A stretch of DNA of 64,000 bases from Eledone cirrhosa (GCA_964016885.1 OZ024754.1:46271618-46335617), one strand, 5' to 3'; shown: positions 25,301 to 37,770, counted from the first letter of the stretch. Notes: generated from the sequence alone by a model not told the origin. A program made the numbers and translations.

Positions 25301-26597
25301 CTCTCTCTCTCTCTCTCTCGCATACACTTAATGTTAAAAGAAAAGCAAGCAAGCTTTGAAGTGACAAATAATTAGATACATTGATACGACGCGTCGCCCT
25401 CATATCATGTATCTGTATGGCTGTCTGTCTGAACTTTCTAAATAAAACACACCCACACCCAACAAAGAGAACCAAATAGTTAAATTATAGAGTAGCCTAA
25501 CTTGAGATTTTAATTTTTTCCATTTTTTTCATACACAAAAATACAGATCCATAAACATTTATGTGTGTGGATCTATGTATATAGATAGGTAGATGGACAA
25601 GGGTGTCCTCACATAGGAGGTTTCCCGGTTGTTGTAATGATAGACTCCAGTTCTATCCCGAAAAACTTGAAATGAAGCAACTGGCTTATTAATGCAATGT
25701 GCTGCCAGACCTAGGGTTTGATGTTATGTTTATGAGTGCAGCACACTAACCATTGAAGCCCCACCATCACATACTGAACCTACATTAGAACACTACCACA
25801 CACTACAGCACTACCAGACACTATAACACCGCCATACTACACTACCACCATCACACTACATCACCACCAACACCACCATTCTATATATTCAGATATATCA
25901 TATCTACCCCACCTTTAACCCTGGCCCTTTATAACCCCTAAAATCTCTATTTCAGATATATCGTCATTCCTACGTTACCTCTAAATATGTAACTGCTTCA
26001 CCACGGCCGTTGTTGTCCCTAATGAAGGACTGGGCTCTGCTACGCAACAGCAATGTACCAGATGGTTTTGAGAAATACTTCCCTGGAGCTAAGGAGACCC
26101 TGCCACGAAAAGAGGCCCGACCCAGTGGTGCCAAACCATAAGGTATGCTTAATCTCTCTCTCTCTTCTAGACACTTCTATAAGGTCATATAATTGAACAG
26201 TGTCATTTCTAAAATGTGAAAAGAAAGGCAATGTTTTCAGTGACATAATTAGAAAGATATAGATACAACGCCGCACACTCATATCATATATATATATAAA
26301 ACTGTGTGTGTCTCTCCTCATTTTTGCAAAGTCTATACAAATCCACATTTCTACTCTGATTGGCTTCAAACTTGCATTTATATATTCCTTGTGGTCTAAA
26401 GATATTAACTGCAGCTTTTATTTTTCAATTTTCTGTTTTTAAAGAGGTGTTAGGCACCAGTTATCGATCTCCATCGTGCCCTTATAATATCTGTTTGTAT
26501 GTCTGGCTGTCTGCATAACGACATTATGATCCATGACGTCAGCAATGACGTTAATCTTTGCCACATTCACACACACACACACGCGCATGCGCAGATA

Positions 26598-26639
<42 letters not shown>

Positions 26640-26672
26640 TATGTACGTATGTATGTATGTACGTATGTATGT

Positions 26673-26725
26673 GAGTTTCAGAAGATCCCGTTAAGGGTGA
26701 AAGCAGCGATTCTTTGCTTAAACTT
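26673..26725 (+). ncRNA. Variant minimal hammerhead-like fold (A at position 4)
   Basis: GAGTTT-CAGAAGA-T CCC GTTAA GGG T-GAAA GCA...TGC T T-AAACTT; the same sequence forms the inverted pair at 39162-39306. Confidence 0.45.
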
Positions 26726-27019
26726 TAATCTGTTATTTTAATAAATATATATATATATATATCATAATTGAATATAAAAGAAAAACGAACACAGATATAT
26801 ACATGTGTTCAAATAGTAAGGCATGAGATTCGCTAAGGTGAAAAGAATACTAACTATAGACAATTTAAGAATAAATCAATAAAATAAATACAAACTTGGC
26901 TGCTATCTTTAGTGGTGGGAGTTTGTGAGACACGCTAAGTTCAGATACCATGTGCGTTATATATACGCACACTATTCAGTTTTTTAATATACTTAGAAAT
27001 GTCCATGATAATAATTCTT

Positions 27020-27076
27020 CATCCACTGATGAGCAAGAATTGGTATTCCTCTTCACAATTAATTTTGCGAAACAGC
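27020..27076 (+). ncRNA. 5' part of a hammerhead ribozyme truncated within stem III
   Basis: CTGATGA 27026-27032, stem II GCAAGA/TTTTGC, GAAACAGC 27069-27076, then an abrupt switch to an L1/Tx1 fragment. Confidence 0.55.
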
Positions 27077-27551
27077 ATTACCAAAGGTGTCTGGGTGATT
27101 TTCTCGGTCTTTGCTTGACCCAGGATTGCAGCTCGGTGAGCGAGACGAGTCTGGGAAAGGCTCGCCTCACAAACGGGGCCCACACCGGTTGACCGGTGAT
27201 GAATACCTGGAGGTGCCGTAGCCTTAATGCGTGTTTACGCATCACCAGCCACGGCATCTCAGCCCTCCGTTCGAAGGGTGTTGACAGCAGATGGATCTCC
27301 TCACCATAGGAGCCCGCTTCTTCCAAAGGAATTGGAAGAGTGTGCGCTCCATTTTGGAGAGCGTTTCCCTTGGGCAAGGCACGACGGTCAGGCGGTAGTA
27401 GATGTGTTCGCCACCTCCGCCCGACGACGGCATTAACAACTCCAACTTCTGCAGCAGTGGCTCTAGTCATTACATACAGAAGGGAGGAGAGAGGGCACCC
27501 TTGTCGGATGGACCGCGCGATTTCGAACGGCTCCGAGAGGTAGCCGTTCAC
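27077..27551 (-). mobile_element. L1/Tx1-clade LINE RT fragment
   Basis: NGYLSEPFEIARSIRQGCPLSSLLYV, IYYRL, ERTLFQFLW, GGL..P-like motifs. Confidence 0.8.
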
Positions 27552-29519
27552 CTTGACAAGAGCAGAAGTGCGTGCCTGCCTGCCTTAAGTCGTCCATGTT
27601 GTGGCTCCAGGTGAAGAGTTTGTACTTGAGCACAAATATGCGTGCTCATTTGCATGGTGACATGTCTGCAGCATTTGGTCAGAATATTTTAGCACTTTGT
27701 GAGGGCAAGGTCCCTGCGGATGACAAAGGCGGAATAGCAATCGACTCCCTGTGCAACATTGTGAGCAGCCCTTCTGACCTTTTGGAAGCAGTTTTTTCTA
27801 ATGTCTCATCTAACTTTAAAAACCTCGATTAGCTCAGCGAAAGAGCCATCCTTGCTCGGAAAAATACCATGGTTAATTTTATTAACGAGCAGCTGATTGA
27901 GAAGATTCCCGGTAAAGAAGACATCTTCAAATCTATCGACCTGGCGTCAGACCCCGACGATATCGTTAATTATCCGGTTGAGTTATTAAATTCCCCAGGG
28001 CTCCCACCTCTTATTCTTAAGCTTAGGGTTGGCTGTCCCATTATGCTAATAAGGAACTTGCGTCCACCAAAGCAGTGCAACGGTACTCGCATGGTCGTCA
28101 AGTCACTGACGCTGCACTTGATTGAGGCCACCATTGTAACGGGGTGCTGGAGAGGGGAGAATGTTTTCATTCCAAGGATGAACCTTTGCCCCTCGGCGTC
28201 AGATATCCCGTTCGATTTCCGGCGATCCCAATTCCCGGTGAGACCATTTTTTTTTTCCAAGTCCATTAACAAGTCACAAGGGCAAACATTGTTGGTGGCG
28301 GTCATCCATTTGGGGGAGCCATGCTTCTCCCATGGCCAACTTTGTTGCCAGTTTCCGCGTATGGAGCAGGAATGGACTTTTTGCTTACACTCCTCAAGGG
28401 ATGACACGCAATATCGTCTACTATGAAGTGCTATAGATGTTTGAGTTATGCCGTCTGGAAAACTGGTTGGGTCACCCATAGCGGACAGATCTGACACGCA
28501 GCGGCATCAGGGCCACCATCTTGCAACTTTGTTCTACTAAATTCGCTATTGGAAGATTATTAAGCCATCATTGATTGTCTAAAATGCTAATTGGTTCGTA
28601 ACTATTAATAACCGGTTCAACTGCTTTATGCACTTAATTGATAAGATTATGCGCTTTCAAGCTACGTTTACCTGTATGTAACTTTTCATAGCAAATGAAC
28701 AAACCCGAGTAACGCCGGGCTAAACTGCTAGTTATCAATAATGTTATATCTCGCAATGGCCATACTCGATAACGAGGGCGCAGTCATTATGTATGGTGTT
28801 GTGATTTTTATGTACAGTATATTATTATTAGATGGGTAACGTGCCTGCAGTAATCGGTAGAGCGTCCTCTCAAAATGTTTGCATTTTGCCCAAAGCAGAA
28901 ACAATTATTATTGTTGTTTGTAGTATTAGTAGTAGTATTCATTCTATTTTGTGTTCCACGTGGTTGATATTTCATCACCACAACACCACCACTACACCAC
29001 CACGCCACCACACCAACACACACCACTACACCAACACTGTCGCCACCAGTTGGGCTACGTAGTCAAAGTGAAGGAAATAGAATTGGTGAAAGATAGACAT
29101 ACTGATAGAAAGATATATGTATATATAGAGAGAGGAGGGGCGGGGGTTAGATAGAAAGACACAGTTATAGAGATACAGACAATTACGCGTGTTGTTGTTT
29201 CTTTGATTCCGATAATACACATGTGTATCTAACAGTGATGATATGTCATATAGATTATTGAGAGGAAATGAATATTTACAAAGAAAAGCTGAAATATAAT
29301 TTTAAAAAAATTAACGAATATTTATTTTTTATCTTTTGGAGTCAGTCAACATTTACCGCCATGTTCTTTGTTCTTTGTTAACAATAAAAGAATCTAATTT
29401 CTGACATACACCCTACTTCCGATCTTTAACCGCAGCCATTATATCAGAATGTATCTGTGCGTATGTCAAACTGAGTGCATGTGTATGGGTAGGTGTATAT
29501 ATAAAAATGTGTGTGTGAG

Positions 29520-29620
29520 TTGGTCCCAGGTTCAATCTGGGGTAACCACAGTAAGGTACTCAATACATAGCAGAGTATAAATATTGAATCTAGAAATGTC
29601 TTCTGCAGGAGTAGAACTGT
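29520..29620 (-). mobile_element. Truncated copy of the 37575-37737 small element
   Basis: GGTAACCACAGTAAGGTACTCAATACATAGCAGAGTATAA is the reverse complement of 37673-37716 apart from a 4-nt indel. Confidence 0.75.
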
Positions 29621-30199
29621 ATATTATATATATAATTTGTCTGTGGTATATATAGATGAATGTTTGATGCTGAATCTCCCCGAGAATCACGCTCTAAGTG
29701 TTTATATTTATCTAAAAACCTTTATGTCCCAAACACTCTTTTCGGCTGAGTATTTTACAGCTGACAATGTAGCGACAGCCAGTTTTGGAGCATGGCGTTG
29801 GATGGCACAACTATGCGAAGTGACCAGTGATATCATTATGAGGAGGAAGAGGCCAGTTTGCCGCACCGAATCCTTCTCACAGCGGCACCCCAATTTCGGA
29901 GCCGGGCCCTCTCCCGCGATGGATACTTCTCAATACGAAAGACGACCGTGGCAGCCTGGGACTAGATTGCACTGTTATGAGAAGTGACAGTCCAGTTGGC
30001 CGCTCGAAACCCCTTTCACAGCGGCAGCACAGTATCGGATCCAAGTACTGTGAATTGGATGGACACTTCTCAATACAAAACGTGCTAACGTGTGACTTGA
30101 CAATGATGAGAAACCGGAACCAGACATTGTGAAGGACTGTTTGAGGGGAGGGATGTATGTATATGGTCATTAAAACACACGCACGCACGTATATAATTC

Positions 30200-30320
30200 T
30201 CCTGAATGAAACAGTTATAGTCATGTAGAAGTCATTACTATATTAAATATTTATACTCTGTTATGAATTGAGTACCTTACTTACTGTTGTTAGCTGTGAT
30301 TGAACTCGGAATAAACTTTA
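30200..30320 (+). mobile_element. Copy of the 37575-37737 small element with a deleted hammerhead core
   Basis: CCTGAATGAAACAGTTATAGTCATGTAGAA...TTGAGTACCTTACTTACTG. Confidence 0.7.
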
Positions 30321-30349
30321 CACATTTTTGGAAACACCCTGTATATATA

Positions 30350-31540
30350 TATCATTTGAGATGTAAATATCACATACTTAAGAGAGATAGATGTTAGAAC
30401 TCGAAAACTTGTCAGTGTTACTGGGAACTTTGGTTATGTGGATAGGCTGTACTTGTCATGCAAGGAAGGTGGCCGGGGTCTAAAATCCATATTAACATCA
30501 TATGACACCCGGATAGTAACACTGAAGCAACATCTTCAACAGAGGAAAAGTTTTATGGCCCAGGTTTATGAGCATGAAAAAAAAAATATCATTAGGATAG
30601 CCACTGATCTGGAGGAGAGATATGGAATAAAGCCTGATATAAATCTCTCACCCAGAGAAATCGGAAGATCCTATTCACTGTTCAAAGAAGATGAAAAAAT
30701 TGACCAATTTACAGAAAAAGTTGTGCACGTATACTTGAGACGTAAAACACAGACCATAGAGGTGATAAACCACTCAAAAAGCCTGGCATGGAGTTCCGAC
30801 AAGTTTATGACATGACACCTTGAGGGATATCTCTATGCAATACAGTAACAAGAACTCCCTACCAAATATCTGCTGCACAAAAGAGGAGGGACATCAGCTG
30901 ACAATAAACGTAGGCTTATGTAAAACAAAGATTGAAGATGTAAGCGACATTGTTGCCAGCTGCGAAAGAATGTCATCTCGCTACTACCTCCCCATGAGAC
31001 ACGATGGGATAGCTAGAACCATCTGGAACGCACTTTGGAAAACAAAATTAACAACAAACGAGGAAGAATATATCGAGACAGATGGCACTAAGGAATACTG
31101 GTGGAACCTGAAAATAAAAACTGCCACCAAATTAAAGCACAACCGGCCTGATATTGTTGTTTGGGACCACCCATTGAAAACGTGTTGTGTTGTGGAGATC
31201 AGCTGCCCACTTGATGTAAACGTTGTCAGAAAAATACAGGAGGAGGAGGACATCTACGGACCATTGATGAGGAGTTTACAAATCCAGTATCCAAAATACA
31301 CCTTTAGCTTCATACCCATCATTATTGGAGCTACGGGTTATATACCAACCCGCTTGGACCAAAGTATGACTGAACTTGGATTTGCTGACAAAGAGCGCAG
31401 CTCCCTAATTCAGTCTACAAGTGGCTGCGATAGTTGGCACCTTCAAAATTTGCAAAACATTCTTGCGATTCAAGGGATGACAATTTCTTTTCTTTTACAA
31501 CCTTGCCACCAGGAAGGTGACCGGTCAAAAAATATATTCG
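30350..31540 (+). mobile_element. R4/Dong-like non-LTR retrotransposon 3' half (RT thumb, CCHC, REL endonuclease)
   Basis: DRLYLSCKEGGRGL; LC...E...IVASC...RHD; WWN..IKT...HNRPDIVVWD...VEISCP; followed by (TATG/TG)n. Confidence 0.85.
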
Positions 31541-33429
31541 AAATTAAGAGAAAGAGATCACCTACATGTATGTGTGTATGTGTGTATGTATGTGTGTGTG
31601 TGTATGTATGTATGTATGTATGTATGTATGTGTGTATGTATGTATGTATTTGTATATATATATTTATTTATTTCATTATATTTGTTCCACTCCACGTGGT
31701 TTATATTTCACCACCACTACGCCACCACTACGACACCACACCGCCACCAAACCACCACACCAACAACACTCGCTACCACCGCCATCATTTGAACTACGTT
31801 TTCAAACCCGACATGACTTAGCCTTGATGAAAGAAAATGAGATGACAGCCGTAATCTCCCCCACCCCTCATACTCAATACAGAGATATATATATTTTCTG
31901 ACACCATTGGCAATTTTCATGATGGTAGTTGTAGTGTTGATTATTCCTTCATTGCATTTATTGATATTTGACGCGCGTTTCGCCACTGATCAGCTCAAGG
32001 TTCGATCTATATCGATCCTACCCGACTCAATAATCGGCAGCTCGACGGACCCTCTTAAAATGCTATAAGAAAATGAAATACATGCTATGTGGTAAAGTCA
32101 GAGTTTCAAGAGTTTGACAAAATGAGATGTTTTGATTGGTGAGAAGGATCAAGGCGATGTACTGGCCTGTAGTGTATATGGGGGGTGGGTGTGATGGTGA
32201 GATGTTGGTGACGGTCTGTGGATGAGGTGGGCTGTGGTGTGGTGGTGGTGGTGGTGGGTTGGCCTTGGCGTGTCGAGTATGTTGGTGTGGGTGTGAAGAT
32301 ATGGTGGTGGTTAAGGTTATTTAGTGGGATGGGTTGTGGTGTGAGGTTAGTGAACTGTCTGTAGACGGGTTGGCGTGTGGTAGTGGCGCCTTTGTCTATG
32401 GTAGCGGCGTTTTTGGTGGTGTGGTGGATGTATTGGTGGCGTCAGGACCTTACATAGATACATAGACGCTCTTCGTCTGACAGATATCTTGTATATACGT
32501 ATACGTACACACATATATGTATATATGTGCACATATATTGTTGTATAAACACACACAACATAAGACACATACTCACATCCTTGCCCACACATATCGGCAT
32601 ACGCTCACACACAGCCATATGTATATGTACACACATGTATGTGCATGCGCGCATGCGGACACGAATATGGAGAGTGGTGGAGTATCGGTGGGGGTGGCGA
32701 ACGACAGAGATGGGGGGAAGGACTCACACTCATGTATGCAAGATATACACATACACACTCCCACACACGTATACTCACACACATATATATATATATATTA
32801 TATATATATATATACACACATGTACCGACAACACACACATACACGCACATATATACATACATGCACATATATGAGCTCACCTACACATAGTCAGATTTAC
32901 CCATATACATATATGTAGACGTACACATACACACACATACATATATACACACACATACACATATGCATACACATATATATATATACAGATATATATATAT
33001 ATATATACACACACATAGACATATGTATATACATGTGTTCACATACACACACACACACACATACAGATAAATTTGCGTACACGCACGCACACTTAAAACG
33101 CCCGTATGAGTAAAATACTTACACACAGACACACACACACTATTGTTGGTTGGGGAGTGGAGGTATGTTTTGTCGGTGTTGGTGAAGTATGGAGTTGTGT
33201 TTTGTGGTGGTGGTGGTGGATGGAGTTGTGAGGGACAAAAATATATATACCGGATCGAATACCGGTTAAGGGGTGAGATAGGGAACGCGGGGGGGAAAGC
33301 GTTTATGGACGTACGGCCATGTGTGTTGTGGACATGGTGATGGTGGTGGTGCTGGGGTGATATGTTCGGCAAGATGATCAGAGGTTACGGTGTGTTATAT
33401 GGTAGGCATACGGGGGGTGGGGGTATATA

Positions 33430-33612
33430 ATTGTTTCTACTTTAGGCACAAGGCCAGCAAACAGCCAGTGTATTACTGGTACTTTATTTTATCGACCCCC
33501 GTAAGGATGAAAGGCAAAGTCAACCTAGGCGGGATTTGAACTCAGATCGTAAAGGGACGTAACTATGTTTGAAAGCATGGCGTCCGACCCTCTACCGAGA
33601 CTGCCAACCCGC
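33430..33612 (-). mobile_element. tRNA-derived SINE
   Basis: Reverse complement of the 39550-39730 family: GGCAGTCTCGGTAGAGGGTCGGACG, CTGAGTTCAAATCCCGCC, TTGTGCCTAAAGTAGAAAC. Confidence 0.8.
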
Positions 33613-33925
33613 CTCCCTGGGGGGTATATAATACAGTCGATTTGGGATCGAGTGATATGTGTTGATGATGATTGTTGAAGTATGTGGATGTATTTAGTGG
33701 TGGCGGTGGTTGTGTGTGCGTGCGACAGTACAGTTACAGGATCGAATTTAACGTGGGGTTGCAAGTTAGGGTAGATAGAGGGAACATGGGGGGATGAGGA
33801 TGTAGGCGTGTATGGTATGCACATGACGATGTGTGGTGTGGTGGTGGAGATGGTGTGATATGATCGACATTGTATTTACAAGGTTTCTTGTCATTGTGGA
33901 TTGCAAGGTAGAACGTATCATATGG

Positions 33926-34720
33926 TATATATATATATAAAACTAAGGATGTTTGTGTGAGTTTGAATCCCTAAACCTCGAGAAGCACCCAACCGACTGT
34001 TTTCAAACTTTACACCGCGCCCTTATAATATGTCTGTATGTCTAGCTGTCTGCATCGCACTCGGCGCGTCAATGTATGGCTGTTAAATGGGCCGCAAACG
34101 CATTGATTCATTGTAAAGGCTACCAGTGGAAGCAACCGTAACACCCTCCAAATGTCAGAGAACGCAGTGAAAGTTACTATTAAGAGAACGTTCACATGGC
34201 CCTTTTTATGGTCACCACTTGAAATTGTTGATTGTTACCCGTAGTTACTGGAGTGTCAGTGAACGGCTTACAAATCCATTATAAGGGCCCTTGAAATAAC
34301 TGATGGCGACCCTTTGGTTTCGGGTGGCGAGTGAACACGCACACGCCTCAAGGCCCATTTTATTGCACCACTCCTCTGTAAAATTGTTAAATTATACCCA
34401 CTGTTTGGTAAACGTTTGTGAAGGTGCGGTGGACTGGTTCGAGAAGGCTCCATATGCTGTCCGATTGCACGTCATGCCTTGCTCAAGCATTGCAGACTTC
34501 CCTCTGATATAAGTGGTGACATCTGTCCTGCTGACTCCTGCCACTTTATTAAAGTACAAAAGCACTTAGCCGATTTTCTTCACGTGGAAGGAAAAGCATA
34601 CCTAATACTAATTGCATCAGAGCATTCGGTTTATTTTCTTTACATATTGTCCAGGCATGCAGTTTTTCTACGATTAGGTCAAAATAACTTATCCCGTGCA
34701 ACGCCGGGTACCACTGCTAG
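33926..34720 (+). mobile_element. Non-autonomous Helitron
   Basis: 5' TATATAAAACTAAG...GAATCCCTAAAC...TTCAAACTTTACAC shared with 56173; 3' CCCGTGCAACGCCGGG TACCACTGCTAG|T. Confidence 0.78.
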
Positions 34721-34810
34721 TATTATATATATGTATATTGTTTTACTCTTTTACTTGTCCCAGCCATTTTGCTGAGGTCATGCTGGGGTACCGCCTTTAA
34801 TATATTTTTC

Positions 34811-34854
<44 letters not shown>

Positions 34855-34927
34855 GATATATATATATCAATAAAGACGTATCCATGAAAGGCAAATCTTA
34901 TCGGTTGGAAAGCAAAATAAACTTTTG

Positions 34928-34992
34928 TATTTTATTTGATGAAAGTGCACCAAGCTTGTCTTGGTTGGCCTTGAAATATATATAATAAAATA
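34928..34992 (+). ncRNA. Minimal type I hammerhead (U3 variant, palindromic stem III)
   Basis: Stem I TATTTTAT/ATAAAATA; TTGATGA 34936-34942; stem II AAG/CTT plus ACCAAG/CTTGGT; GAAA 34973-34976; ATATATAT palindrome, site UA at 34983-34984. Confidence 0.55.
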
Positions 34993-35241
34993 AATATGGT
35001 TTTATAAATATAGTTTCCATTTATTTAATATCACGAAATATTTACTCCAGTAAACTGTTGAGTGCTCTAAATCAGTTATAAACATTTGTTTGTCGGACTT
35101 GCAACAAATTAAATACAACTTCTACACACACATATATATATATATATATTACGGAGTTGTGTTAAGGAACCAGATGGACCATAATGCACCAGAGATAGCC
35201 GTCGAAACGGCTTGAGCTCTGCCGTCGGGGTCATACATCTT

Positions 35242-35276
<35 letters not shown>

Positions 35277-35968
35277 CACATTGTTTGATCAAAATATTAA
35301 ATTTCTTCATAGAATAATAAATTTTGTTTTATTATTTGTTGCTATTGTTCGGTTGTTGTTGTTGTTGTTGTTACACACATACACACTCACAAACTTTGCT
35401 AATCTTTTGGCGGCAAAACCACATACATACATACATACATACATACATACATACATAGATACATGTGTGTGTGTGTGCGTGAGTGAGTATGTGTGAGTTA
35501 CTGTCACTTTGTTTTCCTTATAAATACAAGTCCCGTTTTTCATATTTTTCATTTCAGCCACTGATTTTGAAAGATGACTACACAGTATTCTCATGCGTCC
35601 TTTCAACGTGGGTATGCGTTAAGCCCTTCTTAGGGCTGCTCAGAGATACGCCGAAAACCAACCACACCGTTCACTCCTGGGACTGAGAAGAAGTCCCACA
35701 GGTCAGTCCGATTTATATTTAATTTGTTTAAAAAAAAAAAAAAATTTAATTTATATTTCTTTAAAAAAAAAGAATTCAATTTAACTTATTTCTTTAAAAA
35801 AAAAGTTCAATTTCATTTATTTCTTTAAAAAAAATTCAATTCAATTAATTTCTTTAAAAAAAAAAGCTTTTATAGTTATGTTTTTGTATTTTAATCGGGG
35901 GTAACATTTTCGATTTAATTAATTTCATCATATTGTTGTATATACACACACACATATATATACAATTG

Positions 35969-36003
<35 letters not shown>

Positions 36004-36009
36004 TGCAGT

Positions 36010-36200
36010 TATTCGAATACCTTGGAGTATTCGTTTTTATTTCTATGCTCTCTGAGTTTAAATCCTGCCAAGGTCAACTTTGCCTTTCTTCCTTCCGTTG
36101 GATAAAAAAAAGTACCAGTGAAATGCTGGGGTGAATTCTTCCTATCTATAGTTTTCTCGCAATTATCTTTTTCTGAATAAAAGTACCAGTCAAATACTGG
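36010..36200 (-). mobile_element. tRNA-derived SINE, decayed copy (motifs read on the + strand at 36052-36130; orientation uncertain)
   Basis: CTGAGTTTAAATCCTGCCAAGGTCAACTTTGCCTTTC...AAGTACCAG matches the SINE family core. Confidence 0.5.
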
Positions 36201-36716
36201 GTTCCTCTCTTCTCTCATTTTTCTCTGTCTATCTTTCTGGAAGAATTTTCTATTTTTAGAACTGGAGGAGTTGGTATTTGCTAGTGATTAAGGGAGAAAA
36301 TGAAAGATATATATGTATATATATGTATAATATGTGTGTTGATGAGATTATGTGGGGGTGGGGGGGTAAAAATTGTTTTTTAAGATTTATCTGGAAAAAT
36401 CTGTTGAATTCACATGGTTGGTATTGTCTCTGTTCTCTGTTTTCAAAAGACTTATAAAAGCTGACTCAGTATTGTTTATCCAATAAAGTAGCAGTAATAC
36501 GTTATAGTTAGATTAACGTTAATTTTGTTCACTTGTAATTTAGAGAATATAAAATATAAAATGCACCATTAGAATATATAACTTATTTTTATTCCAGATT
36601 CTCCTAAAAATTTGTCCCTGTTCAATTCCTTCTCTGCCACAAACCTCTCATTTTTGGATAGAATTTTTTTATTTATTTTTTTACGTTAGGTTAAACCAGC
36701 CAACCAATTTTTTTAA

Positions 36717-36788
<72 letters not shown>

Positions 36789-36888
36789 GCTTATGAAACG
36801 TGTGTGTATATATATATTTATTTATATGTATATATATATATATATATATATTTATAATTTATATATATATAATTTATATATATATATA

Positions 36889-36930
<42 letters not shown>

Positions 36931-36943
36931 TTATATATATATA

Positions 36944-36984
<41 letters not shown>

Positions 36985-37574
36985 GTGTGTGTATGTATGT
37001 CTGTATGTACGTGTGTGTACATGAATATATATTTATATATTTTTATATATATGTGTGTGTTTTTATGTGTGTATATGTGTTTGTGTGTGTGTTTATGGTT
37101 GCGCGTAAGTGTGTGAGTGAGTATGTGTTTTTTTGTTTTTTTGTGAATGTGTCTGTTGATTTTTGGCATATAGTTGATTAGTTTAAGAGAAGTTCGAAGA
37201 TAATAGTAAGATATGCACTCAGTATTTTGAATCTGTCTGCAGAATTCTCTAGACCTTTGTCACTTAGAACCTTAATGACTTTAGCTTTTAAAGAATCTCC
37301 CCTTTTCTTTAATTCTATCGACTATGACTGACCCCCCACTGATTTTATAGACATCTGTTAGCTTAAGAGAAACTTATTGACAAGGAATGGTAGGCCATCC
37401 GGAACCTGTTTATAGAATTCTGTCTGCCCTTGTTACTCTAAAAACATAATAAATAAAAATAAAAATAAAAATGAACTATAGCTTTGTAGAATTAGCTTTT
37501 AATGAATTCCCTTTTCTATCAACCAACGACCTGCACCCATCCCACTCCCCACCCTCTCCTACCACTTGTAGAGA

Positions 37575-37737
37575 CCTATAAATACCATATTTATTTTTTG
37601 ATACCCAGATTCCTGATGATTTCAAATGAATGAAACAGTTCTAGTCCTGTAGAATCTCATCTATATTAAAACTTATACTCTGCTATGTATTGAGTACCTT
37701 ACTTACTGTGGTTACCTCCGATTCAACCCGGAATAAC
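37575..37737 (+). mobile_element. Penelope pLTR-like small element carrying an intact hammerhead, abutting (TA)n
   Basis: TATAAATA upstream, hammerhead, conserved 3' tail; three other copies in the window. Confidence 0.7.
37607..37657 (+). ncRNA. Minimal type I hammerhead ribozyme (GUA site)
   Basis: Stem I AGATTC/GAATCT; CTGATGA 37613-37619; stem II TTC/GAA closed by T.T; GAAA 37632-37635; stem III ACAG/CTGT with a CTAG palindrome in the loop; A17 at 37651. Confidence 0.75.
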
Positions 37738-37738
37738 G

Positions 37739-37770
<32 letters not shown>

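Larger units (their letters stand above)
26284..28731 (+). mobile_element. Composite Helitron: family 5' end, foreign inserts, Pif1 C-half and 3' hairpin-CTAG
   Basis: 5' end matches 287-452; 27550-28430 encodes ACLKSS, NMRA, RAILA, PGLPP, GCPIMLIRNL, CNGTR, QFPVR, INKSQGQT, HGQL; 3' CCCGAGTAACGCCGGG...CTGCTAG|T. Confidence 0.75.
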
